DNA of 64,000 nucleotides from an uncultured Verrucomicrobiae bacterium (lineage in GTDB: Bacteria; Verrucomicrobiota; Verrucomicrobiia; Chthoniobacterales; JAFAMB01), in NCBI GenBank assembly GCA_963813025.1, contig CAWEXO010000008.1, positions 1 to 64,000 of the forward strand, given 5' to 3'. Below the pieces are notes generated by a model. It made no database searches and was not told the origin of the DNA. It worked only from the letters and a program-made list of their open reading frames with translations. This document shows positions 30,639 to 40,134 of the stretch, piece by piece; position 1 is the stretch's first letter; the number at the start of each line of letters is the position of its first letter. Made by a program: the position numbers and the translations under genes.

Positions 30639-31559
30639 TTAAATCTCGCGATAAACAAAGCGGATGTAGAGGCGTGCTAACACGATGGTAATAATCAGGA
30701 GAACGACGGCTTGGGCCGAAGCCAATCCCTGGTCGAAGACACGGAATCCGACGCGCTGAACGAGTACGCTGATCAACTCTGTCGCAGAACCAGGGCCGCC
30801 ACGGGTCATGGTGAAGACAACGTCGAACGTCTTGAGGATATCGGCAGTGCGGAGGATCAGGATCGCGGTTATTCCGGGCAGCATGAACGCGAGCTGAACC
30901 CTCCAGAGTACGTGCCACCATTTATCCGTCTCCAGCTTAGCGGCTTCTTCGATCTCCGGAGGAACCATGGTCAGACTGGAATAAAGGACCAGAGCGCAGA
31001 ACGGAGTCCATTGCCATACGTCCATCAGACAAATAGAGACAAACGCCAGGTTAGGATCAGCTAACCAATCAAGGCGCTGTCCAAAGATATGTAACCAGAA
31101 AAAATTCTGTATACCGAAATCGCGATTCAAAATCAATCGGCCCATCAATCCAACGACCGCGAAGGTCGTGGCAAGGGGAATGACCAGGGAGACTCGGCAG
31201 ATATTTTTTACCAACTCATTTCCCGGCTTATGCAACAGCAGGGCGATACACAGACCGAGGACTAACTCGATGGGAAGGTTGATCAGCAGGAAAAGAAACG
31301 TGCGTCCCAGGGCCTGCTGAAAGTCGGGATCAGTCAGCAGGTTCAGGTAGTTTCGTCCCCAATTGAAGGGAGCATCGTTCAATGGCCAGATGCCCAGGAA
31401 AGCGCCATGCGGATGGACCTTCGGTAGGATGAACTCATGTAAGGAATTCCAAACCGCGAAGATTAGCGGGTAAATGCCAACGAGCAGGAGAGCAATTACG
31501 GCGGGCGCCAGGAAGTAGGGTGCCGCGTTCGGGTAAGTGCTCTTCGTACGTGCCGCCAT
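30639..31559 (-). CDS. Carbohydrate ABC (CUT1) permease, MalF-like
   Basis: DVWQWTPF, EIEEAA, FDVVFTMTRGGPG. Confidence 0.92.
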   Translation of the reverse strand: MAARTKSTYPNAAPYFLAPAVIALLLVGIYPLIFAVWNSLHEFILPKVHPHGAFLGIWPLNDAPFNWGRNYLNLLTDPDFQQALGRTFLFLLINLPIELVLGLCIALLLHKPGNELVKNICRVSLVIPLATTFAVVGLMGRLILNRDFGIQNFFWLHIFGQRLDWLADPNLAFVSICLMDVWQWTPFCALVLYSSLTMVPPEIEEAAKLETDKWWHVLWRVQLAFMLPGITAILILRTADILKTFDVVFTMTRGGPGSATELISVLVQRVGFRVFDQGLASAQAVVLLIITIVLARLYIRFVYREI

Positions 31560-31598
31560 GGTTGATGTATTTCCGAGATGTTAGTTAGGCGCGAATTT

Positions 31599-31854
31599 AG
31601 ACAGTGTCTCGCAACTTGCTGTTCCGGTAGGGCGAAAATTTATTCGACGCGTCCGCCGAAGCTTTAGCGAAGGAGGAGCCTACGGACAAGCCTTCGTTGC
31701 GGCCCCGGATATTGAATGGCACAAACACTTGACTGGAGGGCGCGCCGTAGCCTTGCGGAGGTGGCCTGCTCGTCCGAATCGCGAGATGACTTGCCCCCAA
31801 ATGGTCAAGCAGAAGCTTGCCCCTACCGAGCTCGGGTGTTGCGAGACACCCTCT
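31599..31854 (-). mobile_element. Full-length non-autonomous REP/MITE with terminal inverted repeats (GTGTCTCGCAAC) and internal GTAG-type arms
   Basis: agacagtgtctcgcaac...gttgcgagacaccctct; its reverse complement is colinear with 36741-36967 plus 38211 onward. Confidence 0.8.
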
Positions 31855-31931
31855 GAGTTCTCGCCCTGCCATTCTTGCCTTTTGCGATCGCGAGGCGCGG
31901 ACACAATCCGCGCCTCGACGAACCGGTCAGA

Positions 31932-33269
31932 TTATTGTGCTAACTCCCTTTTTCCGCTGAAGTACCCTGCTTTCCGCAGAACATCTTCCATCCGCTTCCC
32001 AATCTCTTCCGAACCCTGTTTTACAGAGACTTGACCGATCATCATTTTCGTACCCCATTCCGCGATGATCTCCGAAATTTGCGGCCATTCGGCAAAGCGA
32101 GGTCGAAACTCCGGCACTCCTTGCTGCCATGACTCGACCATCGGCTCGATAAACGCAAACCGCTGCTTAAGTTCCGGATCCTGGTAGACAGACTGTCGCC
32201 CGCTTACTCCGCCGTTCTCGACGTAGGTCCTGGCATTTTCCTTTGAGGTTGCCCATTGGATAAAAAGCCAGGCCGCCGCTTTATGTTTGTCATCGGCCTG
32301 GCTCGTGCAAGCGAGCGAAAAACCGCCCAGAGCCGGTTTCCGACCCGCCGGGCCTTTGGGTTCCGGAGCGACGCCGAGATCGTTGACAATCTTCGAAGAT
32401 TTCGGGTCGACCAAAGTTGGGTAGAACGCTGACCACTGAGTAATCATTGCGACGTTGCCTTGGGCCAATGCGTTGACCGTTTCGCTGTGATCATAATCGA
32501 CGATTCCGGGGGGCATGAACTTTATCAAGTCCTGACGGAACTGCAGGCCTGCCTGCGACCTCGGATCGAGCAGATTGGACTTGAATTGGGCGTTCAGCAA
32601 CGAGCCGCCCCATGGCCAGATAAAGCGCATGAAGCTGTCGCATGATTGTGTTTCTCCCCGGCGAGATTGGAGGGCGAAGGCAAATTTTCCACCCTGCGTC
32701 AATTTCGGGGCGTAGGTATTCTTCAATTCGTCCCAGGTTTCAGGCGGTCTATCAAAACCGGCCTGTTTCAGCATCGCCCTGTTATAGAAGAGGAGCCCGG
32801 AGTAGTTATCGAAGGGCAGCCCGTAAACTTTGCCTTTCCACGTCCCGAAGGCGGTCAGCAGCAGCGGAAAGAAGTCGTTCATGTCGAGGGTCGGATCAAA
32901 GATGTCCGGAAACTTCTTTTTGAGATCATCTATCGGAACGATCCAGCCGGACTCGGCAAACTCGCCGATCCAGACCAGGTCGACCAAGGCGATCGAGAGG
33001 TCCCCTTGGGCCGAGAAATCCAGGACCTGCTTCTCACGGGTATTCTCGTAGGGAACAACTTCAAAGTTCACTTTGATCCCGGTCCTTTTTTCAAAGTCCG
33101 GAAGCATCTTTTCGATGGCTCGATAGCCGGGTCGGTCGAGAAAAATAACCGATACTTGGGTGCCTTTGTAAGGCTTAGCAGCTTCTTCGAGCGACCATGC
33201 ACCGGAGACGCCGGCGGTTAGTCCGAGAAGAGCTGCGCTGAGTCCCAACGTGCGAGGGAACAGTTTCAT
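31932..33269 (-). CDS. Sugar/polyol ABC substrate-binding protein
   Basis: Signal peptide; FEKRTGIKV, LFYNR, PPETWDEL, AAWLFIQW. Confidence 0.9.
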   Translation of the reverse strand: MKLFPRTLGLSAALLGLTAGVSGAWSLEEAAKPYKGTQVSVIFLDRPGYRAIEKMLPDFEKRTGIKVNFEVVPYENTREKQVLDFSAQGDLSIALVDLVWIGEFAESGWIVPIDDLKKKFPDIFDPTLDMNDFFPLLLTAFGTWKGKVYGLPFDNYSGLLFYNRAMLKQAGFDRPPETWDELKNTYAPKLTQGGKFAFALQSRRGETQSCDSFMRFIWPWGGSLLNAQFKSNLLDPRSQAGLQFRQDLIKFMPPGIVDYDHSETVNALAQGNVAMITQWSAFYPTLVDPKSSKIVNDLGVAPEPKGPAGRKPALGGFSLACTSQADDKHKAAAWLFIQWATSKENARTYVENGGVSGRQSVYQDPELKQRFAFIEPMVESWQQGVPEFRPRFAEWPQISEIIAEWGTKMMIGQVSVKQGSEEIGKRMEDVLRKAGYFSGKRELAQ

Positions 33270-33382
33270 AGGATAACATTAAGGATAGTAAGCAAGTGTT
33301 CAGTGTCTGGTCGATTAATAGCGACCAGGGTTTGCGAGTTGGTTTGACGCCCGGAAGCCGATCAGGCTCCCTTGGGCCGAGG

Positions 33383-34465
33383 TCAGCGAGCGATCTGTGA
33401 TTCGGTAAGCTCAGGGCTTCGGGCACCTCCTTTCTCAGCGGGACCGGTCGATCCGCGAACGACCAGAATTGGGTTAATGAGAATCGAGGTCGGCAAACTT
33501 TCGGGCACACGGTCGTTGCCGGCGATCAGGGTCAATAACAGTTCGATGGCGCGGGCCACCATTTCGCGGGCGCGCTGGGCCACGGTCGTGAGAGGCGGGA
33601 TAAGGTATTGGCTCATTTGGATGTCGTCGAACCCCATCAACGACACGTCTCGAGGAATACGGAGGCCGAGTTCGAGCAGCTTGCTCCAGGCGCCGGCCGC
33701 AACGATATCGTTGGTCGCAAAAATGGCCGTTGGCCGCGGCTCGCGAGCGATCAGTTCAGCGACTCGGGAGCCAAAAGCGATCTCTTGCAGTCCATAAAGA
33801 ATGTTTTCCGGCCGCACCTCGATCTGCCGGCTCTGCAATTCCGCCAGAAATCCGGCCATCCGCTCGCCGACATTGCGGATCTCGGCTTCGCCACAAAGAA
33901 TCCCGAATTGAGTGTGGCCGAGATCGGCCAGGTGCCGGGCAGCGAGCTGGCCGCCATAGTAATTTTCGCTGGCCAGGGAAAATTCCCCCGGGACCGGGCG
34001 ATCGAGGAAGACCACAGGGATATGGCTGTCCCGCGCCGACTTGATCACCTTACTTCGTTCGCTGCCATAGATCACCAGGATGCCGTCCACCTGCCGACTG
34101 CGCAGGTTCGTGAATTGGACATACTCGCGTTCGACATCGCGTTCAGAGATGCAAAGCAGGGTTTGATATTGTTTCTGCCAGAGAGCGTCCTCGACCATAG
34201 CAGCGAGTTCGGCAAAAAAGGGGGTAGAAAGATTTGGAATGATCAGGCCGATCGAGTGGGTTCGCTGCAGCCGGAGGCTGCGTGCGCTCATGTTCACCCG
34301 ATAGTTCAGGGACGAGATCGCGCGCGCAACGTTGCGGGCGGTTTCGGCGGCGAGGGGAGCGGTCTGGTTGAGATAATGGGAGACAGTGCTCGGAGAAACG
34401 CCAGCGACTTTCGCGACGTTCCGGATCGTTACTTTTCTGGAATGCTCTGGGGAAATAGCGGACGT
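33383..34465 (-). CDS. LacI-family regulator (start codon unclear)
   Basis: VTIRNVAKVAGVSPSTVS, NDIVA, PRDVSLMGFDD, PPLTTV, VRGST. Confidence 0.88.
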   Translation of the reverse strand, partial: TSAISPEHSRKVTIRNVAKVAGVSPSTVSHYLNQTAPLAAETARNVARAISSLNYRVNMSARSLRLQRTHSIGLIIPNLSTPFFAELAAMVEDALWQKQYQTLLCISERDVEREYVQFTNLRSRQVDGILVIYGSERSKVIKSARDSHIPVVFLDRPVPGEFSLASENYYGGQLAARHLADLGHTQFGILCGEAEIRNVGERMAGFLAELQSRQIEVRPENILYGLQEIAFGSRVAELIAREPRPTAIFATNDIVAAGAWSKLLELGLRIPRDVSLMGFDDIQMSQYLIPPLTTVAQRAREMVARAIELLLTLIAGNDRVPESLPTSILINPILVVRGSTGPAEKGGARSPELTESQIAR

Positions 34466-34486
34466 ACGGAGGCATCGTAGCCATCG

Positions 34487-34502
34487 CTTGAAACGTTTCA
34501 AG
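34487..34502. promoter_or_regulatory. Probable LacI-family operator
   Basis: Perfect 16-bp palindrome CTTGAAACGTTTCAAG with central CG, between the divergent LacI and MFS genes. Confidence 0.8.
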
Positions 34503-34587
34503 TGTGTTTTTGAAGTGCGCCGATACCGACGAAATGGGCCGATTTCTACAGTTTCCTTTTTACAAGATCGAGCGATAAAGTTTCTCA

Positions 34588-36624
34588 ATGGCGACGGCAT
34601 TGTCGGGTTTCCCTCCGGCGATTACTCGTGCTGGGCTTCTGGAACGCTTGAGCGTTCCCCGGGAACTCGCTTGGGGTTATCTCGGACTTCTCCTGTTCAT
34701 GGTCGGCGACGGCATTGAAGCCGGGTACCTTGCCCCGTTCCTCTCCGCCAACGGACTTTCTCCCGAGAAGATCGCGTTCATGTTTACGCTGTACGGGATG
34801 ACGGCGGTTTTCGGGGCCCGCATGTCCGGAGCGCTGGCCGACTTCCTCGGGGCTCGTATTGTCATGTGGATTGGGCTTTTCATTTGGGCGGGATTGGAAA
34901 TTGTTTTTCTCGTCTTTGGATTAACTCTGGCTAACCGCGAAGTACTTATTGCCAGTTATGCGCTGCGGGGTTTCGGTTACCCGCTTTTCGCTTATGGCTT
35001 TCTCGTCTGCGTCGCGGCGGTTACTCCGCCTCGCCGGCTAGGCGCCGCGGTCGGCTGGTTCTGGTTCGCTTTTACCGGAGGTTTGCCCACCCTCGGTTCC
35101 TTGTCCGCCAGTTTCGCGGTCCCGTTGCTCGGGCAGTATGCCACTTTCTGGTGCTCCCTCGGCTTTGTTCTCTTGGGAGGGCTCATCATGCTCTACGGGA
35201 TTCCTCCATCGATCGGGGCACGCAAAGCGCGGACCAATCCTCAGCAGCACCGGAAAGCTCTTTTTGCCGGAATCACGATCGCCTGGGAAAAGCCGAAGAT
35301 CCTTATTGGTTGTATCGTTCGAATGATCAACACGGCTCCCCAATTTGGCTTCTTGATCTTTCTGCCGGCCTTTTTCATCGAGGTTGCGGGGTTCAGTCTC
35401 AGCCAATGGCTGCGGCTGTTGAGCTTCATGTTTTTTAGCAACATCATTTGTAACCTGATCCTCGGAATGGTGGGCGATCGGCTCGGTTGGCGGCAGACGG
35501 TCGCCTACGTCGGGGGAGTGGGATGCGCTGTTACTACTCTTCTCCTCTACTATGTGCCGCTTACCTTTCACGGTAACTATCTGCTCGCGGTCACCGCGGC
35601 CGTTCTCTACGGTGCCACCTTAGCTGGCTACGTGCCGCTTTCAGCCATCATGCCGTGCCTGGCGCCGGAAAATCAGGGAGCGGCCATATCGATGCTGAAT
35701 CTGGGCGCGGGCGCCAGCGCGTGGCTGGGACCGGCGATTGTCGGGCTTTTTCTCCGGCCCTATGGGGTCAAAGGTGTGATGTGGATCTTTGCCGCGCTCT
35801 ACGCAGTGAGCGCGGTCCTCACCTTGTTTCTCAAAGTACCCGGTGAAGGGAGCGAACATGGGCCCATTGGCGGGCTGAGTTTTGCTGCAGCGGGTTGTCT
35901 GCTGGGTCATCCTCCGCTGATGTCCGAGATCCCCGACGAACACGGTCTCGAGCTGATTCTCTTCGATCTGGGCGGAACAATCTATGACGACGAGACCTTT
36001 ACTCGAGCGCTTCTGCGGGCCGCGCACGAATTGAATCCGGCGATGGAGGAGAAGGATTTCTGGCAAGTGTACGACGAGCAGCGGGGTCGTTCATCCGGTT
36101 CGCTGCGTACGGCTATTGCGGAGCGATTGGTCCCGGATGCCGGTCGCGCCGCGCTGACGGCGCTCGCGAAAAAGTACTGGGAATACCCGCCCTCCGCCCT
36201 CTATCCCGATGTCAAACCCGCTCTGGTAAGCCTAGCTCCGCGATTCAAATTGGGCTTGGTGGCGAATGCCGGCGCGACTGCGGAGAAGGCGCTGCGCCGG
36301 GACGGCATTTATCATCTATTCAGTGTGGTCATGCTTTCTGAGGCCCTCGGAATCGAGAAACCAAATGAAGAGATTTTTCGGCGTGCGCTTGAGCGAGCCG
36401 GCGTCCCGGCCGAGCGAGCGGTTCATGTAGGCAACCGATTAGATAACGACATTCGACCGGCGCGCCGGGCCGGTTTAAAAACAATCTGGATGCTTCGTGG
36501 CGACGCTCCGCCCGCGCCTACCCTGGAACAGCTTGCTGAACCGGATGCGGTAATTATTTCCTTGAATGGGTTAGGAATTGCGTTGGGACGTGTGAGCGAA
36601 AAGACTGCTCGAGAGGACGGTTAA
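34588..36624 (+). CDS. RbtT/DalT/CsbX-type polyol MFS transporter fused to a HAD hydrolase
   Basis: LFMVGDGIE, RGFGYPLFAYGF, GWFWFAFTGGLPTLG, then ILFDLGGTI, EKPNEEIF, HVGNRLDNDI in one 678-aa frame. Confidence 0.85.
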   Translation: MATALSGFPPAITRAGLLERLSVPRELAWGYLGLLLFMVGDGIEAGYLAPFLSANGLSPEKIAFMFTLYGMTAVFGARMSGALADFLGARIVMWIGLFIWAGLEIVFLVFGLTLANREVLIASYALRGFGYPLFAYGFLVCVAAVTPPRRLGAAVGWFWFAFTGGLPTLGSLSASFAVPLLGQYATFWCSLGFVLLGGLIMLYGIPPSIGARKARTNPQQHRKALFAGITIAWEKPKILIGCIVRMINTAPQFGFLIFLPAFFIEVAGFSLSQWLRLLSFMFFSNIICNLILGMVGDRLGWRQTVAYVGGVGCAVTTLLLYYVPLTFHGNYLLAVTAAVLYGATLAGYVPLSAIMPCLAPENQGAAISMLNLGAGASAWLGPAIVGLFLRPYGVKGVMWIFAALYAVSAVLTLFLKVPGEGSEHGPIGGLSFAAAGCLLGHPPLMSEIPDEHGLELILFDLGGTIYDDETFTRALLRAAHELNPAMEEKDFWQVYDEQRGRSSGSLRTAIAERLVPDAGRAALTALAKKYWEYPPSALYPDVKPALVSLAPRFKLGLVANAGATAEKALRRDGIYHLFSVVMLSEALGIEKPNEEIFRRALERAGVPAERAVHVGNRLDNDIRPARRAGLKTIWMLRGDAPPAPTLEQLAEPDAVIISLNGLGIALGRVSEKTAREDG

Positions 36625-36740
36625 TCTTGGAGATGATTATTATGCCTGAATACCGCATCGAGGTCTGTGACGAGATACTCGCCGGGCACACCATCACGTT
36701 ATGCCGATGCGTCGAGTTATTTGCAGATAGTAACGCTTGC

Positions 36741-36967
36741 CTCGCAACACCCCAGGTCGGTAGGGGCAGGCTCAGGCAGGCTCAGGCAAGCTCCTGCTTG
36801 ACCTCCTTAGCGTTGGATTACGCTTCGATCTGGACGAGCAGGCCAAGACTACGGTGCGCCCTCCGGTCAAGCATTTGTGTATTCCATTTCCAAGCCAGGA
36901 CGGAGGCTTGCTATAGTCGGGAGCTCATCCCTCACTACGAAAGCGGCTCGAATGAAATTCTCGCCCT
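36741..36967 (+). repeat. REP/MITE copy interrupted by the IS110 insertion
   Basis: Colinear with the reverse complement of 31599-31854 up to tcgccCT; the expected accgg continuation is at 38211. Confidence 0.85.
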
Positions 36968-36974
36968 TGTACCT

Positions 36975-37210
36975 TGCCCCACCAATTTTTTTTTCCCTTT
37001 TAAAGCCGCCCGCAAGGGCGGAACTCTGGAAGTGAAGAACTTGGCCGAGGAGGGTGGAAAACTGCCTCGCCCAAAGGTCGGTAGAACCTGTCCGGTAGAT
37101 TAGTCCACCCTTCCTCGTGCCGCACCTGCATAAGACCGTACCGTATCTTAGGCCCTTCCAAACAGGGTTGGAACATAAGCCCGTGTTCACAAGGCTCTGT
37201 CAGCAGGCGC
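36975..37210 (+). ncRNA. Putative bridge RNA (target- and donor-binding loops); ends approximate
   Basis: Guides LTG 37065-73, RTG 37091-98, LDG 37140-48 and RDG 37189-93 match the target and donor. Stems 37046-58/37104-17 and 37156-61/37168-73; GNRA hairpin 37006-21. Confidence 0.85.
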
Positions 37211-37263
37211 GCGCCCAAGCGCTTCATCAAACAAAGAACCAATTCAACGCGAATTCCTGTCTG

Positions 37264-38193
37264 ATGAAAAAACGCTACTGCATGGGTATTGATATGGCAA
37301 AAGCAAGCTTTGACTTTTGCCTGCTCTCCAAGAATGGCACTCGCCTGTGGCGGGGAAAGTTCAGCAATGATGCGACCGGCATTGGAGCATTTTTAGCCCA
37401 ACTCCAGGCCCGCTCTTGGCCGCTCTCCCAGATCCACTTCGCCCTGGAAGCCACCGGGGTCTACGGGAAGAGATTGATCGCCGCTCTGCACCAAGCAGGC
37501 TTGGCGGTCAGCGTGCTCAATCCCGCCCAAGTCAAATACTTTGCTTTCTCGGTCCTGCGCCGCACCAAAAATGATCGGGTTGATGCGGCCATCATTGCCC
37601 AGTTTTGTCTGGAGCGAAAACCACTGGCCACTCGGCCGCTGCGCCCCCTTGAGGAAGAATTCAAACTGCTGCCCGAGCTTATCAGCCAACAGCGTGGCCA
37701 ACGACTCGCCCAGCTCAAGAAAGAAATCGCTCAGCTGGAGTCGGCCATCTTCGGCTTAGTCGCGGCTGATCAGGCTTTAAGCCGCCAAAGCCAACTGCTG
37801 TGCTCTATTCCCGGCATTGCCCAGCTCACAGCCGCCAAGCTGCTGGCCGAGCTGGCCGGTAAAGAGTTCCAATCGGCTCGGCAGTTGGCGGCCTATGCTG
37901 GGCTGACTCCTTCTGAATTCCGTTCCGGTGTCTCGCTCTACGGCAAAACCACCCTGTGCAAAATCGGCAACGCTTTCCTGCGCAAAGCACTCTATTTGCC
38001 GGCCGCCGTTGCTCGCCGCTGGTGCAAACCCATCCAGCAATGGGCCGCAGGTCTCGAGTCGCGCAAGCTCCACTCCCTGGCTATCCGCGGTGCCGTCATG
38101 CGAAAACTCCTGCACATCGCCTTCGGTGTTCTCTCTCACCAACAACCCTACAACCCTAACCTGGCCCGCCATTCCTTAAACCAATGCCCTTGA
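37264..38193 (+). CDS. IS110-family recombinase/transposase (309 aa)
   Basis: GIDMAK, LEATG, KNDRVDA (DEDD); SIPGI; AYAGLTPSEFRSG (catalytic Ser motif); GNAFLRKALY; AVMRKL. Confidence 0.93.
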   Translation: MKKRYCMGIDMAKASFDFCLLSKNGTRLWRGKFSNDATGIGAFLAQLQARSWPLSQIHFALEATGVYGKRLIAALHQAGLAVSVLNPAQVKYFAFSVLRRTKNDRVDAAIIAQFCLERKPLATRPLRPLEEEFKLLPELISQQRGQRLAQLKKEIAQLESAIFGLVAADQALSRQSQLLCSIPGIAQLTAAKLLAELAGKEFQSARQLAAYAGLTPSEFRSGVSLYGKTTLCKIGNAFLRKALYLPAAVARRWCKPIQQWAAGLESRKLHSLAIRGAVMRKLLHIAFGVLSHQQPYNPNLARHSLNQCP

Positions 38194-38339
38194 CATCCAA
38201 GACCGTATCTACCGGACCTCGTCCAAGTTCCAATCCACCGGACCTCATCCGAGTTCCAATCTTGTCCGGCCCTTGAACCGCCTGCGATGCAGCTTGTAGG
38301 GCTTCAGGACCTGCAGGATGCCGATGTCACTTGAAGTTC

Positions 38340-39144
38340 TCTTCGCACCATGAAATCGGCCAATGCCTCAGCATCGCGCCCGACACCGGAGAAACGTCCT
38401 GAACCCCAGGTATATTGCCAGGGCAATCCCAGGAAGAATCAGCCCGGGACCGGCGTTATGCCGCGATCGTGACCCGGGTAACCTTTCCATTGAAGACCGG
38501 TATCTCGATCCAGCCGTAATCGAGCTGAAACCCCAGGCACCAGATGACCGTGCGGATGTTCGCCGCGCGGTAGTCCAATTCCGCGATTTCTTTTTCCGGT
38601 CTCCAGACCGGGATGTACCGCGGTTCCACGGGAGCCTCGATCTGGTGTTTGGCAATGTAGTCGTCAATCGCATTCTTGATGTTCTCCGCCACGGCATCCG
38701 CTTGGTCGAGATTCGTTAGCAGGTCGTCGGCGAACCTCAGGAATTTACCTGAATCTCGCGCAGCTTTCCGTAGAGACGCATTCCTGGTTGTTAAGCTGAA
38801 CCGACCGAACTCAAACTGCTTTAATCCAGTGACATTCACGCCTTCTTTTACCGGGGCACTAAACCAGTCGGCATAGGACTCGATATATTGCACAATCTCT
38901 TTTTTTATCATGAAGCCATCCGGATCATTGGCCTGATAGGAAAACCCGGGCAGCTGACACTGCCACTTCGGGGTAACCAGACAAAACGAGTCCCAGCGTT
39001 TGGTCCGCCTTGCTTCGGCAATCCGCCGCCGTTCCAGGACGAGCTGACGAACTTCGCGGTTTTCAGGCAAAAACTCATTGCCAAACCCGCCTGACCACCA
39101 CCGATTACGATGACGGGATAATGACGATCGTCCAAAAAAGCCAT
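38340..39144 (-). pseudogene. MSMEG_0569-like flavin-dependent oxidoreductase, frameshifted and internally deleted
   Basis: VIGGGQAGLAMS / RWDSFCLVTPKWQCQLPG / jump after FSLTT / NIRTVIWCLGF..W. Confidence 0.8.
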
Positions 39145-39145
39145 G

Positions 39146-39800
39146 TTAGTTGAAGGACGGGACTAATCGCCCTTCGAAAGTCGATAACGTCGAGCAGGCG
39201 CCGCATTTACCGCAGCCCGCCTTTGCCATGGCTGAAGTCATTCCGGCAGCGGTCAGCCAGCAGCCGACTGTCTGCAGAATGCTGCGCATCCATTCAGCAG
39301 TCGGTGGCCGGCGATCCGCCAGGGGTGTTCCGCTGATTGGCACAACGGAACGATGAACGGGTAAACGCCAAGCTCGATTAATCGTTGAGCCGCATTTAAT
39401 AACTCCTCCGCGCTATCGCCTAACCCGGCCAAGAGGTAAGTGCTGACCTGTCCTCGCCCGAACACTGCGACCGCCGCGGCAAACGCCTCCAGGTAAAACG
39501 CGACCGCTACTTCCGCTTTTCCGGGCATAATCTCGCGCCGGACCGATTCGTTCCACGCCTGCAGGTGCATTCCTGACGAAGCAACGCCCGCCTCGCGCAA
39601 ACGATGAAACCAGTGAAAATCAGCCGGCGGTTCGCATTGCGCCTGAATCGGAAGCTCGGTCCTTGTTTTGATGGCCTCTACTGTTTCGCAAAGGATGGTG
39701 GCACCGCGATCGTCGCTTGGCGGCGTTCCGGTCGTTAAAACAACATTGCGGACGTCGTCCAAACTCTGCGCAGTGCAGTTCTTCGCCTTCGGACATGAGA
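39146..39800 (-). pseudogene. MSMEG_0568-like radical SAM protein, C-terminal fragment
   Basis: [48 protein letters not shown]; no CxxxCxxC region is left. Confidence 0.8.
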
Positions 39801-39949
39801 GCAAACCGAGCGAGAGGATTGTAGTGCTCCCAACAGGCGAGAGCCCCGAGACGTCCGACTGCGGTATGTCTGATAATCGTCGAACATCAACGAGGTACCG
39901 GCGGGTCCGTACATGCGTCAAAACACCGCGAGAGCAAGTGTGGTGCCAC

Positions 39950-40040
39950 GACCGATGAGCGATGACCGATGCTCGATGGCCAATGACCGATGACGATACT
40001 CGATGGCCGATTTCTGATGACCAATGACCGATGACGATGA
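39950..40040. repeat. GATGACC-type heptamer array
   Basis: cgatgagcgatgaccgatgctcgatggccaatgaccgatgac; related arrays at 56585-56625, 57237-57320, 61421-61470 and 63380-63489. Confidence 0.8.
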
Positions 40041-40134
40041 CACTCCTCGGTGCCGGCATCACCGCGCTAATGGAGAATCGCTAGGAAAATCTGTGAAAAT
40101 CAGTGAAATCTGTGGTTCCACACTGCCTTTCACC

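Larger units (their letters stand above)
36966..38210 (+). mobile_element. IS110-family (IS621-like) insertion sequence bounded by CT cores
   Basis: Left junction ttctcgccCT-tgtac; right junction accgtatCT-accgg; no terminal inverted repeats; DEDD recombinase; structured left end. Confidence 0.92.

Noticed and set aside
37090..38217. gtccggtagat / atctaccggac as terminal inverted repeats of the IS
   Set aside because: Better explained as the right target guide being complementary to core plus right target; the element starts about 125 bp further left.
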